Source: an uncultured Chryseobacterium sp. (lineage in GTDB: Bacteria > Bacteroidota > Bacteroidia > Palsa-965). From it: DNA of 64,000 nucleotides. Below, one piece after another: positions 1-11,325 of the stretch. The stretch's first letter is position 1; every line of letters starts with the position of its first letter. The position numbers and the translations under genes were made by a program. The notes under the pieces are model-generated. The model did not search any database, was not told the DNA's origin, and was given only the letters and a program-made list of their open reading frames with translations. The DNA is taken from contig CBIHOC010000024.1 in NCBI GenBank assembly GCA_966211705.1, positions 9,319 to 73,318 on the forward strand. The letters run 5' to 3'.

Positions 1-2786
1 TCAACCCGCTGAGTGCAACGGCAACATCGACCAGCGTGAGCTGCAACGGCGGCTGCAACGGAACGGCAACCGTCACCGCAAGCGGCGGCACCGGGCCGTA
101 TACGTACAGCTGGGCGCCTTCGGGCGGAAACGCGGCGACCGCTTCCTCGCTTTGCGCGGGAACATATACATGCACGATCACGGATAACGTAGGCGCAACG
201 ACAACAGCTTCCGTTACGATCACGCAACCCGCCGCGCTCACTGCAAGCGCCACGCCCACGAACGTGCTTTGCAACGGCCAGTGCACCGGTTCCGCAACCG
301 CATCAGGCAGCGGCGGCACAGGCCCGTACACGTACAGCTGGGCGCCTTCGGGCGGAAACGCAGCAACCGCTTCCTCGCTTTGCGCAGGAACGTACACGGT
401 TACCGTCACCGACAACAACAGCTGCACCACCACGCAGACGGTGACGATCACGCAGCCCACCGCGCTCAGCGCAACCGCAACGCCCGCCGCCATTCTCTGC
501 AACGGCCAATGCACCGGCTCCGCAACCGCATCGGGCAGCGGCGGCACACCGGCGTATTCCTACAGCTGGGCGCCTTCGGGTGGAAACGCGGCAACCGCAT
601 CGTCCCTTTGCGCAGGGACTTACACGGTAACTGTGACGGATAACAATGGCTGTTCCACCACGCAAACTGCTGCGGTCACAGAACCTGTCACCGCGATCAC
701 TGCGGGCGCCACATCGACGCCGGCGACCTGCGGCAACACGAACGGCTCCGCGACAACGACAGCGAGCGGCGGAACGGGCGCGCTCACGTACAGCTGGGCG
801 CCATCGGGCGGCAACGCAGCAACGGCGAGCAACCTTGCCGCAGGAAATTATACCTGCACGGTGACGGATGCGAACGGCTGCACGCAAACAGCAACGGTCA
901 ACGTCGCCAACACCGGCGCGCCGAATGTTACGCTGCAGGCGCAAACGAACGTTTCCTGCGCAGGCGGATCGAACGGCGACGCGACAGTTTCTCCTTCCGG
1001 CGGAACGCCCCCTTATACGTATGCATGGTCGCCCACCGGCGGCAATGCTGCAACCGGCACGGGTCTCGGCGCGGGAACATACACGTGCACGATCACCGAC
1101 GACGCCGGCTGCACAACGACACAAACCGTAACCATTACCGAACCGGCCGCGCTCAGTGCAAACGCTACATCTACACCGACCGGATGCAGCACAAGCACGG
1201 GCTCGGCCACGGTAACGGAAAGCGGGGGAACGGGGCCGTACACATACAGCTGGGCGCCTTCGGGCGGAAGCGCATCGACGGCGAACAACCTCGCTGCAGG
1301 CACATACACCTGCACGGTCACCGATGCGAATGGCTGCACCACAACCGGTACGACGACAGTTTCATCCACCGGCGGTCCCACCGTCAGCCTGCAGTCGAGC
1401 GTCGACGTGGCTTGCTTCGGCGACACCACAGGCTCTGCAACGGTTAATGCAACGGGCAACGGCCCGTTCACGTACAGCTGGTCGCCCTCCGGCGGATCTT
1501 CTGCAACAGCAACCGCGATGCCGGCCGGAACATACACCGTTACGGTTACGGACATAAATAATTGTCCCACGCTGCAAACCGTTACGATCACCGAACCGCC
1601 GCAGCTGACCGTTTCCGCAACTTCAGTTCCTGCAATGTGCGGGAACAACAACGGCAGCGCAACCGCAACGCCCGCAGGCGGTACAGGCGCATACACGTAT
1701 GCCTGGAGCAATTCGCAGTCGACATCCACGATCAGCGGTCTTGCCGGCGGAACATACAGCGTGACGATCACGGATGCGAACGGTTGCACGACGACGACAA
1801 CAGCGGTCGTAGGAAATACCGGCGCGCCGGTTGTTACCTTGCAATCTTCTGCTGACGTTACGTGCTTCGGCGGCAGTAATGGAACGGCAACGGTGAACGC
1901 TTCTTCCGGATCGCCGCCGTACACGTACGCATGGTCGCCCACCGGCGGAAATGCAGCGACGGCAACAGGCCTTGCTGCGGGAACGTATACCGTGACCGTC
2001 ACGGGAAGCGACGGCTGCTCGCAAACGCAAACGCTGACCATTACACAACCGGCAAGCGCGCTTTCCGGTACGAGCACGGCAACGAATGAAAACTGCGGGG
2101 ACGGAAGCGGCAGCATCGCGCTCAGCGTGAGCGGCGGCACACCGGGTTACACGTATGCATGGAGCAACGGCCCGACGACTTCATCGATCAGCAACCTCAG
2201 CGCCGGAACTTATACGTGTACCGTTACCGACGCGAACGGCTGCACCCAGGTTATCACAGGAATTGTCGGCAACACGGGAAGCGCAACCGCGAATGCCGGT
2301 GTGGACGTTACCATCCTGCAGGGACAAACCACGCTGCTCACCGGCACAGGCGGCGGAACCTACGCATGGTCGCCGTCGACCGACCTGAGCTGCGCGACAT
2401 GCCCTGATCCCATCGCGTCGCCCACCGTGACGACCACGTACATTCTTACGGTGACAGATACGAACGGCTGTACCGATACAGATACGATCACCGTGTTCGT
2501 CGACATCACCTGCGGCGAGCTCTACCTGCCGAATGCATTCTCACCGAATGCGGATGGACGGAATGACGTGCTGTATGTGCGCGGAAATTGCATTAAGGTG
2601 TTGCAGTTCGACGTCTACAACCGGTGGGGCGAACGTGTTTTCTCGACCACCGATCCGGCGCTGGGGTGGGACGGAACGTGGAGGGGAGATGCCTGCGAAA
2701 CGGCGGTGTTTACCTACGTGCTGCGCGCAACGTTGCTCGATGGCACCGAGATCGACAAGCAGGGAAATATTTCACTGGTTAAATAA
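1..2786 (+). CDS. SprB-repeat cell-surface adhesin fragment with T9SS type-B (CHU_C / gliding-motility-associated) C-terminal sorting domain. 5'-partial: the reading frame is open from base 1 and the listed GTG at 36 is not the true start.
   Basis: About 11 tandem ~75-aa repeats of the form SGGTGPYTYSWAPSGGNAATASSLCAGTYTxTVTDxNGC. C-terminus LPNAFSPNADGRNDVLYVRG...YNRWGERVF...GWDG matches the CHU_C/T9SS-B domain. Frame is open upstream to the window edge and continues the repeat. Confidence 0.85.
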   Translation, partial: NPLSATATSTSVSCNGGCNGTATVTASGGTGPYTYSWAPSGGNAATASSLCAGTYTCTITDNVGATTTASVTITQPAALTASATPTNVLCNGQCTGSATASGSGGTGPYTYSWAPSGGNAATASSLCAGTYTVTVTDNNSCTTTQTVTITQPTALSATATPAAILCNGQCTGSATASGSGGTPAYSYSWAPSGGNAATASSLCAGTYTVTVTDNNGCSTTQTAAVTEPVTAITAGATSTPATCGNTNGSATTTASGGTGALTYSWAPSGGNAATASNLAAGNYTCTVTDANGCTQTATVNVANTGAPNVTLQAQTNVSCAGGSNGDATVSPSGGTPPYTYAWSPTGGNAATGTGLGAGTYTCTITDDAGCTTTQTVTITEPAALSANATSTPTGCSTSTGSATVTESGGTGPYTYSWAPSGGSASTANNLAAGTYTCTVTDANGCTTTGTTTVSSTGGPTVSLQSSVDVACFGDTTGSATVNATGNGPFTYSWSPSGGSSATATAMPAGTYTVTVTDINNCPTLQTVTITEPPQLTVSATSVPAMCGNNNGSATATPAGGTGAYTYAWSNSQSTSTISGLAGGTYSVTITDANGCTTTTTAVVGNTGAPVVTLQSSADVTCFGGSNGTATVNASSGSPPYTYAWSPTGGNAATATGLAAGTYTVTVTGSDGCSQTQTLTITQPASALSGTSTATNENCGDGSGSIALSVSGGTPGYTYAWSNGPTTSSISNLSAGTYTCTVTDANGCTQVITGIVGNTGSATANAGVDVTILQGQTTLLTGTGGGTYAWSPSTDLSCATCPDPIASPTVTTTYILTVTDTNGCTDTDTITVFVDITCGELYLPNAFSPNADGRNDVLYVRGNCIKVLQFDVYNRWGERVFSTTDPALGWDGTWRGDACETAVFTYVLRATLLDGTEIDKQGNISLVK

Positions 2787-2803
2787 TCAAGGAGGAACTG
2801 ATC

Positions 2804-3838
2804 ATGAAAACAAAATATCTTCTTCCCGCAACATTCCTGTTCGGCATGACGCTGAACGCGCAGGACGTGCATTTTTCGCAGAGCACGGAAACGCCGCTGC
2901 TGCTGAACCCTGCGCAGGCCGCGCTCGGGCACGATGTGCTTGCCGTCATTAATTTCAAAGACCAGTGGAAAAGCGTGGGCTCGTCGTATCGCACGTTCAA
3001 CGTCAGCACCGATGTCGCCGTTCTGAAAAAATCCACCGGCAGCCGCATGGGCATCGGCATCGATGTGTTTTCCGACAAAGCCGGCGATGCGAAAATGGGC
3101 ACGACGACCGGCGCATTGCATTTGTCGGGCGTGATCGCGGCGAATGATCACAACCTGCTTTCTGCCGGCGTTTCCGGCGGGTTCGGGCAACGCAGCTTAT
3201 CGTACGACAAGTTGTATTGGGACAGCCAGTACAACGGGATGCAATACGACGCGTCGCTTCCTTCGGGTGAGCCGCTGACGTTCGCGAACCATGGCTACAT
3301 GGACCTCAGCGCGGGCGTGGGCTGGTTTTACGGCGATGGGCATTCCACGCTCAGCTCGAACGACGCGCGCACGATCAATCTCGGTTTCGCCGTGCATCAC
3401 CTCAATAAGCCGGTGTACAGCTTTTACGGCGACCAGGACCAGCGTCTGCCGATCAAATATATTTTTCACGGGCAGGCGGACATCGGCATCAAAAATTACA
3501 GCCTGATCCTCGAGCCGTCGTACCTCGTCATGATCCAGGGCGGCCACCGCGAGATCACGCCGGGCATGATCGTGAAGTACACGCCGCGTGAAGCGTCGAA
3601 GTACACGGGGCGCATCAAAGCTTCGGCGTTCCTGCTCGGCGGTTATTTCCGGGTGAAAGATGCTGTGGTGATCGCGACGGGTTACGAATTTTCCAACTGG
3701 TCGGTCCGCATGAGCTACGACGTGAACGTTTCCAACCTGAAAACGGCAACGCAGGCCCGCGGCGGATTCGAGCTGGCGCTGAGCTTCATCGCACCGAACC
3801 CGTTCGGCGGCAGCAAGTCGACACGATTGTTTGATTGA
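2804..3838 (+). CDS. T9SS membrane protein of the PorP/SprF family
   Basis: Signal peptide, then the FSQ...NPA N-terminal motif typical of PorP/SprF. 344 aa. Sits directly downstream of an SprB-like CHU_C protein, as in sprB-sprF pairs. Confidence 0.85.
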   Translation: MKTKYLLPATFLFGMTLNAQDVHFSQSTETPLLLNPAQAALGHDVLAVINFKDQWKSVGSSYRTFNVSTDVAVLKKSTGSRMGIGIDVFSDKAGDAKMGTTTGALHLSGVIAANDHNLLSAGVSGGFGQRSLSYDKLYWDSQYNGMQYDASLPSGEPLTFANHGYMDLSAGVGWFYGDGHSTLSSNDARTINLGFAVHHLNKPVYSFYGDQDQRLPIKYIFHGQADIGIKNYSLILEPSYLVMIQGGHREITPGMIVKYTPREASKYTGRIKASAFLLGGYFRVKDAVVIATGYEFSNWSVRMSYDVNVSNLKTATQARGGFELALSFIAPNPFGGSKSTRLFD

Positions 3839-3920
3839 TACCGTTTCGGGACGGTATTCGTAGTGTGGTACGAAAGGCTCCTTTAAAATGGGAGCTTTTC
3901 GTTTATACAAAATGTTTAAA

Positions 3921-4024
3921 AACCACTGAGAGCACAGAGGAAGTTTCACAGAGAGGCACAGAGGATTTTCTCAGTGTCCTCTGTGTTAACAGGTAGTGGT
4001 CATCCTCTGTGACCTCAGTGGTTT
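3921..4024. terminator. Long imperfect palindrome (aaccactgag...ctcagtggtt, inner cacagagg x3 / cctctgtg x2) between convergent genes. Putative bidirectional terminator and a member of the word-repeat palindrome family.
   Basis: Inverted repeats read directly in the sequence between the PorP stop (3838) and the minus-strand gene stop (4027). Confidence 0.45.
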
Positions 4025-4026
4025 TG

Positions 4027-4536
4027 TTAAGTTTTCGGTTGCTTGTACACCGGCACCGTCGAGCACGGTTCGCCGTACATGATGCTTTTCACCACCGGCC
4101 GCAATTTCCGTGTGAGTTCGATATACGCCGTTTTCGGAACGGGTTTGTCGCCGCAGCCTTTGATCACCACGCGCGCGTCGCGGTAAGGTTCGATGTCGAA
4201 TTTTGAAAGCACTTCTTCGAAGAGCACGGTCTCGAGAACTTCCGTTGTACCGAAAACAATTTTTCTCGCGAACGGCTCGAGTGCGGAAGCGAGCAGCATC
4301 CATGCCCAGTCGGGAATGATCGCGTCGGCGGAGCAGGTGAGCGCGACGTACTTGTCTTTGTATTGCGACCAGTCGTGCGTTTTGATGAATTCCCGGAAAT
4401 CTTTTTCACGCAGGATCAATCCCTGGAAGAGCTGGTCTTTGATGTCGAGCAGCACGCGTTCGCCGGGAGGATAAAGCTCCCCGAGGTCAATGGTGACCAG
4501 GCCGCTGTTGGCTACTTTATTGACGATGTCTTCCAT
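4027..4536 (-). CDS. DUF2480-family protein, commonly found beside suf genes in Bacteroidota
   Basis: The track ORF 4027..4599 is trimmed to the internal ATG at 4536 (MEDIVNKV...). The family call rests on recollection of the suf-neighbourhood DUF2480; there are no catalytic motifs. Confidence 0.5.
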   Translation of the reverse strand: MEDIVNKVANSGLVTIDLGELYPPGERVLLDIKDQLFQGLILREKDFREFIKTHDWSQYKDKYVALTCSADAIIPDWAWMLLASALEPFARKIVFGTTEVLETVLFEEVLSKFDIEPYRDARVVIKGCGDKPVPKTAYIELTRKLRPVVKSIMYGEPCSTVPVYKQPKT

Positions 4537-4622
4537 GTGGAGGGACGTTGAGGGACGGGGGGCGTGGGACGGAAGATGATCGAATTTCTCATGTCTCACG
4601 TCTCATGTCTCACGTCTGTTTT

Positions 4623-4952
4623 TTACATAAATCCAAGTTCGAGCTGGGCGACTTCGCTCATCATTTCTTTTTCCCAGGGCGGCTCGAAAGTGATTTCGAC
4701 TTTGACCGATTTGACACCTTCAACGTCTTTCACTTTCATTTCCACGTCGGAGGGCAATGATTCGGCGGCGGGACAATTCGGGGACGTGAGCGTCATGATG
4801 ACCTTCACGTCGTTCTCTTCGTTGACGTTGATCTCGTAGATGAGCCCGAGCTCCCAGATGTCGACGGGGATTTCCGGGTCATAGCACATCTTGATCGCGT
4901 CGATGACCTTTTGCGCGAGCTCAGCGTTTTGGGATATAATAATAGCCGGCAT
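4623..4952 (-). CDS. SUF-system Fe-S assembly protein of the DUF59 / MIP18 (SufT-like) family
   Basis: MPAIIISQNAELAQKVIDAIKMCYDPEIPVDIWELGLIY...LTSPNCPAAE is a DUF59 signature. Start refined to the ATG at 4952. Confidence 0.75.
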   Translation of the reverse strand: MPAIIISQNAELAQKVIDAIKMCYDPEIPVDIWELGLIYEINVNEENDVKVIMTLTSPNCPAAESLPSDVEMKVKDVEGVKSVKVEITFEPPWEKEMMSEVAQLELGFM

Positions 4953-4964
4953 ATTTTTTTCGAA

Positions 4965-5040
4965 GTCTCCGCGTCCTCCGCGCCGCTGCGGCAAAAAATC
5001 AAGGATGAAATTTGCCGCAGAGGCGCAGGGAGCGCAGAGG
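4965..5040. repeat. Intergenic palindromic element (cctccgcgccgctgcggcaaaaaa...tttgccgcagaggcgcagggagcgcagagg) between sufE and the DUF59 gene
   Basis: Inverted repeat seen in the sequence. Shares the core ctgcggcaaaaaa / gccgca(a/g)aggcgcag with the element at 9768-9832. Confidence 0.4.
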
Positions 5041-5043
5041 TGT

Positions 5044-5463
5044 TTATGTTTTTGAACTCAATGCCAAAGCATCCATTTTCATTTGTTTCACCATCGACAG
5101 CAGGCCGTTGGAGCGGGTGGGCGAGAGGTGCTCTTTCAGACCGATCCTGTCGATGAACATGAGCGGCGCGTCCACGATCTCTTTCGGCGGATGGCCGGAA
5201 AGCACGCGCACCATCAGCGCCACCATTCCTTTCGTGATGATCGCGTCGCTGTCGGCGTGGTAAATGACTTTCCCGTCCTCCAGCTCCGTGTACAGCCACA
5301 CGCGGCTCTGGCAGCCTTTGATGAGGCGGTCGTCCGTTTTGTACCGCTCGTCCAGCGGCGGTAACGATTTCCCCAGGTCGATAATATACTGGTACTTATC
5401 GTCCCACTGGTCGAACATGGAAAACTCGTCCACGATTTCCGCTTCTGTTTCCGCGATGGTCAT
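5044..5463 (-). CDS. sufE: Cysteine desulfuration sulfur-acceptor protein SufE
   Basis: SufE motif LIKGCQSRVWL with the conserved Cys, 139 aa, located in the suf operon. Confidence 0.85.
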   Translation of the reverse strand: MTIAETEAEIVDEFSMFDQWDDKYQYIIDLGKSLPPLDERYKTDDRLIKGCQSRVWLYTELEDGKVIYHADSDAIITKGMVALMVRVLSGHPPKEIVDAPLMFIDRIGLKEHLSPTRSNGLLSMVKQMKMDALALSSKT

Positions 5464-5464
5464 T

Positions 5465-6004
5465 TTACTCCTGGAATAAAACGATTTCGTGCACTTTCAT
5501 TTTTATTGCTTTGTTCTTCGCCTTTTCTGAGATCGGGTATTTTGCCTCGACCGGGACGATGAATTTAATTCCGTCATATTGCTTGATCATGGTGACGCCA
5601 GTGGAATACCATGCGACATCGCCGTACTTATCAACAACGTCCTGCATCGTGGAAACATCCGGAACAATTCCTTTATCCGAAACACCGTTAAACGGGTGGC
5701 GTACGTGGATCGCAAAGAAGACGTCTTTGCCGGGCTTTGAGTAAAAAGAAAGTCCGAGTTTTTCGTATCGCTGCTGGACGGAATAGAGCGTGTCGCTGCC
5801 GTCGGACTTTTTGATATAGTGACTGATCAACTTGAAATCGTCACCATATTTCAGTGTCACCTCCGTGCGGGTTGTTTGCCCGAGGATGACCTCATTGTCG
5901 ATTCCTTTTCCCGGAACCAGCTGGTGCTGCTCTTCCGCCATGAAGGATAAGAAAGAAACGGCTGCGATGAAAAGCAGGAGCGTGCTGAGGAGAGCCTTTT
6001 TCAC
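5465..6004 (-). CDS. Hypothetical secreted protein embedded in the suf operon
   Basis: N-terminal signal peptide MKKALLSTLLLFIAAVSFLSF and no recognised domain. Overlaps neighbours by 1-4 nt, as in an operon. Confidence 0.5.
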   Translation of the reverse strand: MKKALLSTLLLFIAAVSFLSFMAEEQHQLVPGKGIDNEVILGQTTRTEVTLKYGDDFKLISHYIKKSDGSDTLYSVQQRYEKLGLSFYSKPGKDVFFAIHVRHPFNGVSDKGIVPDVSTMQDVVDKYGDVAWYSTGVTMIKQYDGIKFIVPVEAKYPISEKAKNKAIKMKVHEIVLFQE

Positions 6005-7245
6005 GATAACATTTTAATCGCTTTTTTCAAAGCGGTGATGAATACGTCGATCTCTTCTTTTGTATTGTAAAGCGCGAATGAAATGCGGACCGTTCCCGGA
6101 ACCTGGAAACATTCCATCAGCGGCTGCGTGCAATGATGCCCCGTGCGCACCGCCACGCCCTGCTGGTCGAGGATCGTGCCCACGTCGAAAGGATGAAGAT
6201 TTCCCACGACGAACGAGATCACGCCTGCTTTTTCTTTTGCCGCGCCGATGAAACGAATGCCTTCGATCTGCGACAATTGCTCCGTCGCGTAGGCCAGCAG
6301 CGCATGCTCGTGCGCCGCGATGTTTTCCATGCCGATGTTGTCCACGTAATCCAGCGCCGCCGCCATGCCGATCGTGCCTTCGATGTTCGGCGTGCCGCCT
6401 TCGAATTTCAGCGGGCCTTCGACGTAGACCGTTTTGATGAACGAAACGGTTTTGATCGTTCCTCCCCCGGCCTGGTAGGGAAGCATGTCGTTGACCAGCT
6501 CGCCTTTTGCATACAGCGCGCCGATGCCGGTGGGGCCGTACACTTTGTGCGCGGAGAAGCAGTAAAAATCGCAGCCGAGGTCGCGAACGTTCACCGGCAA
6601 ATGCGGGACCGCCTGCGCGCCGTCGATGAGGACGGGAATGTTGTGCGCGTGCGCCAGCTCCACCAATTCTTTCACAGGATTGACCGTGCCGAGCGTGTTG
6701 GAAACGTGCGTGAACGCAAACAGTTTTGTTTTCGGTGAAAGCATTCGCTCCACCGCGGAAAGTTCGAGCTCGCCGTTTTGATTTACGGGAACGTAACGCA
6801 GGTTCGCGCCGCGTTCCTCGCACAGCTGCTGCCAGGGAAGGATGTTGGAGTGATGTTCCATCTCCGTCACCAGCACGTCGTCGCCGGGGTTGAGGCGGAG
6901 GCGGAGGAAAGAATGCGCGACGAGGTTGATGCTTTCGGTGGTGCCGCGCGTGAAAATAATTTCGTCGGGTGAAGCTGCGCCGAGGTGACGCTGCACGGTG
7001 GCGCGTGCGTCTTCGTAAGCTTTCGAAGCTTCCTGGCTGAGCGTGTGCACGCCGCGGTGGATGTTGGCGTTGTAGCGGGAATAATAATCGACGATCGAAT
7101 CGATGACGGCTTTCGGTTTCTGCGTGGTGGCGCCGTTGTCGAAATACACGAGCGGTTTCCCGTGCACCGTGCGCGAAAGAATGGGGAAGTCGGCGCGGAC
7201 GCTGTTCGCTAGGAGTTTATCGTGTATGGAGGTCGACGGGATCAT
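6001..7245 (-). CDS. sufS: Cysteine desulfurase SufS (class V aminotransferase, group II)
   Basis: HRGVHTLSQEA..., PLP-lysine region FSAHKVYGPTGIGALY, C-terminal RTGHHCTQPLM with the active-site Cys. 414 aa. Confidence 0.9.
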   Translation of the reverse strand: MIPSTSIHDKLLANSVRADFPILSRTVHGKPLVYFDNGATTQKPKAVIDSIVDYYSRYNANIHRGVHTLSQEASKAYEDARATVQRHLGAASPDEIIFTRGTTESINLVAHSFLRLRLNPGDDVLVTEMEHHSNILPWQQLCEERGANLRYVPVNQNGELELSAVERMLSPKTKLFAFTHVSNTLGTVNPVKELVELAHAHNIPVLIDGAQAVPHLPVNVRDLGCDFYCFSAHKVYGPTGIGALYAKGELVNDMLPYQAGGGTIKTVSFIKTVYVEGPLKFEGGTPNIEGTIGMAAALDYVDNIGMENIAAHEHALLAYATEQLSQIEGIRFIGAAKEKAGVISFVVGNLHPFDVGTILDQQGVAVRTGHHCTQPLMECFQVPGTVRISFALYNTKEEIDVFITALKKAIKMLS

Positions 7246-7694
7246 GAAGGAAGCAGTGCTTTCGGGATGGAATTTTTTGCAAGAAGAATTCCTTCGGACG
7301 GCATGGCAAAATCAAAATGCGGGTTCAGTGTGGCGTGCAGCTCGATGGAGTAATAACGCGTGAGCCCTTTCTGCAGCGGGCGAACGGAGCCTTCAGCGGC
7401 GATAAGTTCTTCGGAAACGGCGAACGTGGAAATTTCCCCGTTGCCGTGGCTGAAGCGGTAAACACGCATGCCGGGGATCGTGAATTCAAATTCTTCTTCC
7501 GTCGTCAGGAATTTTCCCCTCATCACGTATTCCCCGTTCACGTCCTCTTCGATCTTCAGCACCTCTTCCATTTCATAACCGACTGCCCAGGAAAAGCGCA
7601 TGTTGTTCTCGCTTTCCATGCCATTATTATTTTCATCCGCATATGCCTGGCTGAAATCCGGGTTGGCGATTGAAAATTTGATCGTGACGTTCAT
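7242..7694 (-). CDS. Hypothetical acidic protein between sufD and sufS
   Basis: 150-aa ORF, translationally coupled on both sides (4-nt overlaps). No signal peptide and no known motifs. Confidence 0.45.
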   Translation of the reverse strand: MNVTIKFSIANPDFSQAYADENNNGMESENNMRFSWAVGYEMEEVLKIEEDVNGEYVMRGKFLTTEEEFEFTIPGMRVYRFSHGNGEISTFAVSEELIAAEGSVRPLQKGLTRYYSIELHATLNPHFDFAMPSEGILLAKNSIPKALLPS

Positions 7695-8992
7695 TTGAGC
7701 AGGTCGTCAATGCGTTTGTCGATGTATTCCCGCAACGCATCGATCTTTACGTGGTTCACCACTTCTTCCGCAAACGCGCGGATGAGCAGCGCGTGGGCAT
7801 CTTCTTTGCCGATGCCGCGTGAGCGAAGATAGAACAGCGATTCCTCGTCGATGCGGCCGGTGGAAGTTCCGTGCGAGCACTTCACGTCGTCGGCGTAGAT
7901 CTCGAGCTGCGGCTTCGTGTTCACCGTTGCGTCGTCGCTGAGAAGAATGTTGCGGTTGGTCTGGAATGCGTTCGTTTTCTGCGCGTCGGGGCGGACGAAA
8001 ATTTTGCCGTTGAATACCGCCGTTGCTTTCCCGCTGATGACGCCTTTGTACAGCTCGTTGCTCATGCAGCCGGGAACCTTGTGGTCGACGACCGTATGGT
8101 TGTCCGCAACCTGCGTTCCATCGAGCAGGTACAACCCGAACAAATGCGCTTCCCCGTTCCTGCCGCTCATCACGACTTCGAGGTTGTTGCGCACCCACGT
8201 GCCGCCGAGGATGAATGTGTACGTATTGTACAGCGCGTTCGCGGCGACATCCGCCTGCACGGTGCTGAGCAATTGGCCGGATTCTCCGCCTTCCTGGATG
8301 CGGTAATGGTCGAGCTTCCCGCCGGGAGCAATGGCGATCTCCGCCAGCGCGTTGTTGAAGGAACGCACCGGGCCGATCGTTTCGAACGATTCGATGATCG
8401 TCGCCTGCGCGTTTTCTTCGATCACGACGAGGTTGCGCGGCTGGAAAAAAGCTTCGGTCTCGTTGTCGGTAATGTGAAGCAGGTGGAACGGTTTTTCAGC
8501 CACGGCATTTTTCGCGGCATGGATGAACACGCCGCCTTCGTTCAGCGCGGTGTTCAGCGCAGCGAACGGGTCTTTGTCCACCGGCGTAAATTTCGCGTAA
8601 TGCTGCTGCGCGCGCTTGTCTGACGCAACGGCATCGGCGATGCTGTTTACCGTTACGCCCGCAGGCAATTCGTCCTTCGAAGAAAGTTCCGGCACGAAGA
8701 TGCCGTTGACGATCACCAGCACGTGCGCCTCCTTCACGATCACCAGCTTTTCAATATCCGAAGCGGCGATGCCGCGCATCAGTTCCGTGCGGAAGCCGAG
8801 CTCTTTTTTGAAGAGCGTGTCGGGGGCGATGTATTTGTAATCTTCGGAACGCCGCGTGGGAAAGCCGTTCTCCGAAAAGAAACGCGCCGCATCCTTGCGC
8901 AGGGCCGCATCGCCGTAAAGCGAAGGAAGACGCTGCGTGAAATGCGCGAGAAGCTGTTCTTTAAATGTCGTTTTTTCTGCCGTGGTGCTCAT
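7691..8992 (-). CDS. sufD: Fe-S cluster assembly protein SufD
   Basis: 433 aa in the SufB/SufD family (C-terminal beta-helix region ...GTSTGRIDEESLFYLRSRGI). Lies between sufC and sufS. Confidence 0.85.
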   Translation of the reverse strand: MSTTAEKTTFKEQLLAHFTQRLPSLYGDAALRKDAARFFSENGFPTRRSEDYKYIAPDTLFKKELGFRTELMRGIAASDIEKLVIVKEAHVLVIVNGIFVPELSSKDELPAGVTVNSIADAVASDKRAQQHYAKFTPVDKDPFAALNTALNEGGVFIHAAKNAVAEKPFHLLHITDNETEAFFQPRNLVVIEENAQATIIESFETIGPVRSFNNALAEIAIAPGGKLDHYRIQEGGESGQLLSTVQADVAANALYNTYTFILGGTWVRNNLEVVMSGRNGEAHLFGLYLLDGTQVADNHTVVDHKVPGCMSNELYKGVISGKATAVFNGKIFVRPDAQKTNAFQTNRNILLSDDATVNTKPQLEIYADDVKCSHGTSTGRIDEESLFYLRSRGIGKEDAHALLIRAFAEEVVNHVKIDALREYIDKRIDDLLK

Positions 8993-8995
8993 ACG

Positions 8996-9751
<756 letters not shown>

Positions 9752-9767
9752 AGTTCTTTGCGATAAA

Positions 9768-9832
9768 CTCTGCGCTCTCTGCGCCTCTGCGGCAAAAAAA
9801 TGTTCGCCGCAAAGGCGCAGAGGACGCGGAGG
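9768..9832. repeat. Intergenic palindromic element (ctctgcgctctctgcgcctctgcggcaaaaaaa...gccgcaaaggcgcagaggacgcggagg) between sufB and sufC
   Basis: Inverted repeat read in the sequence and related to the 4965-5040 element. Located inside the operon, not at its end. Confidence 0.4.
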
Positions 9833-9835
9833 ATT

Positions 9836-11299
9836 TTAGCCTACGCTGCCTTCCAGGGAGACAGACAATAATTTCTGCGCTTCGACGGCGAATTCCATCG
9901 GGAGCTGGTTTAATACTTCGCGGCAATACCCGTTCACGATAAGCCCGATCGCCTTTTCCGTGTCGATGCCGCGCTGGTTGCAGTAGAAGATCTGGTCTTC
10001 GCCGATCTTGGATGTCGTGGCTTCGTGTTCCACCACCGCGCTCTTGTCGTGGATCTCGATGTACGGAAACGTGTGCGCGCCGCATTTGTCGCCCATCAGC
10101 AACGAGTCGCACTGGGAGAAATTGCGCGCGTTCGATGCGCCTTTGGCAATGCGGACGAGACCGCGGTAGCTGTTGTTGCTCTTGCCGGCGGAAATCCCTT
10201 TCGAGATGATCGTGCTGCGCGTGTTGCGGCCGAGGTGGATCATCTTCGTGCCGGTGTCGGCCTGCTGCATGTTGTTCGTGACGGCCACGGAATAAAATTC
10301 ACCGACGGAATTATCGCCCTTGAGGATCACCGACGGATATTTCCACGTGATGGCTGAGCCGGTTTCGACCTGCGTCCAGGAAATTTTGGAGTTCGCGCCG
10401 AGGCAGATGCCGCGTTTGGTGACGAAGTTGTAGATGCCGCCTTTGCCTTCTTTGTCGCCGGGATACCAGTTCTGCACGGTGGAATATTTCACCTCCGCAT
10501 TTTCCAGCGCCACAATTTCCACCACTGCGGCGTGCAGCTGGTTCTCGTCGCGTTTCGGGGCGGTGCAGCCTTCGAGGTAGCTCACGTATGCGCCGTCTTC
10601 GGCCACGATGAGCGTGCGTTCGAACTGGCCGGTGCCGGCGGAATTGATCCGGAAATACGTGCTCAGCTCCATCGGGCAGCGAACGCCTTTCGGGATGAAA
10701 CAAAATGATCCGTCGCTGAACACGGCGGAATTGAGCGCGGCGTAATAGTTATCGGTGTAAGGCACGACCGAGCCCATGTATTTTTTGATCAGTTCGGGAT
10801 GTTCCTGCACGGCTTCGCTGAACGAGCAGAAGATGATGCCTTTTTCAGCAAGCACTTCCTTGAATGTCGTTTTCACCGAAACGCTGTCGATGACGGCATC
10901 CACGGCGATCTTCGATTCCATTCCCACGAGACGTTTCTGCTCTTCGAGTGAAATGCCGAGCTTCTCGAACGTTCTGCGCAGCTCGGGATCGACCTCGTCC
11001 ATGCTCGCCACCGTTTTGGATTTTTTCGGCGCGGCGTAATAGCTGATGCCCTGGAAATCGATTTCGGGATAATAGATGTGCGCCCAGTGACGGGGCTCTT
11101 CCATTTTCAGCCAGTGACGAAACGCTTTAAGCCTGAACTCGAGCATCCATTCCGGTTCGTTCTTTTTTGCCGAGATAAACCGCACGATGTCCTCGTTCAG
11201 TCCCATCGGCGCAAATTCCGTATCGATATCGGAAACGAATCCGTATTTGTATTCGCCCTGCGTGAATTCTTCTAATATGCTGTCCTGTTCGGATGACAT
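9836..11299 (-). CDS. sufB: Fe-S cluster assembly protein SufB
   Basis: 487 aa with a highly conserved SufB core (...[28 protein letters not shown]...). Confidence 0.95.
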   Translation of the reverse strand: MSSEQDSILEEFTQGEYKYGFVSDIDTEFAPMGLNEDIVRFISAKKNEPEWMLEFRLKAFRHWLKMEEPRHWAHIYYPEIDFQGISYYAAPKKSKTVASMDEVDPELRRTFEKLGISLEEQKRLVGMESKIAVDAVIDSVSVKTTFKEVLAEKGIIFCSFSEAVQEHPELIKKYMGSVVPYTDNYYAALNSAVFSDGSFCFIPKGVRCPMELSTYFRINSAGTGQFERTLIVAEDGAYVSYLEGCTAPKRDENQLHAAVVEIVALENAEVKYSTVQNWYPGDKEGKGGIYNFVTKRGICLGANSKISWTQVETGSAITWKYPSVILKGDNSVGEFYSVAVTNNMQQADTGTKMIHLGRNTRSTIISKGISAGKSNNSYRGLVRIAKGASNARNFSQCDSLLMGDKCGAHTFPYIEIHDKSAVVEHEATTSKIGEDQIFYCNQRGIDTEKAIGLIVNGYCREVLNQLPMEFAVEAQKLLSVSLEGSVG

Positions 11300-11325
11300 T
11301 TAATTCCTGTTAACTGTGTCGCACA

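Noticed and set aside
269-2140. Multiple long ORFs on both strands inside the first SprB-repeat gene (e.g. 303..1124 -, 1013..2140 -, 269..643 +)
   Set aside because: GC-rich repetitive DNA yields long stop-free antisense frames. Their translations are Arg/Ala/Gly low-complexity, whereas the + strand frame has clear SprB repeats and a CHU_C tail.
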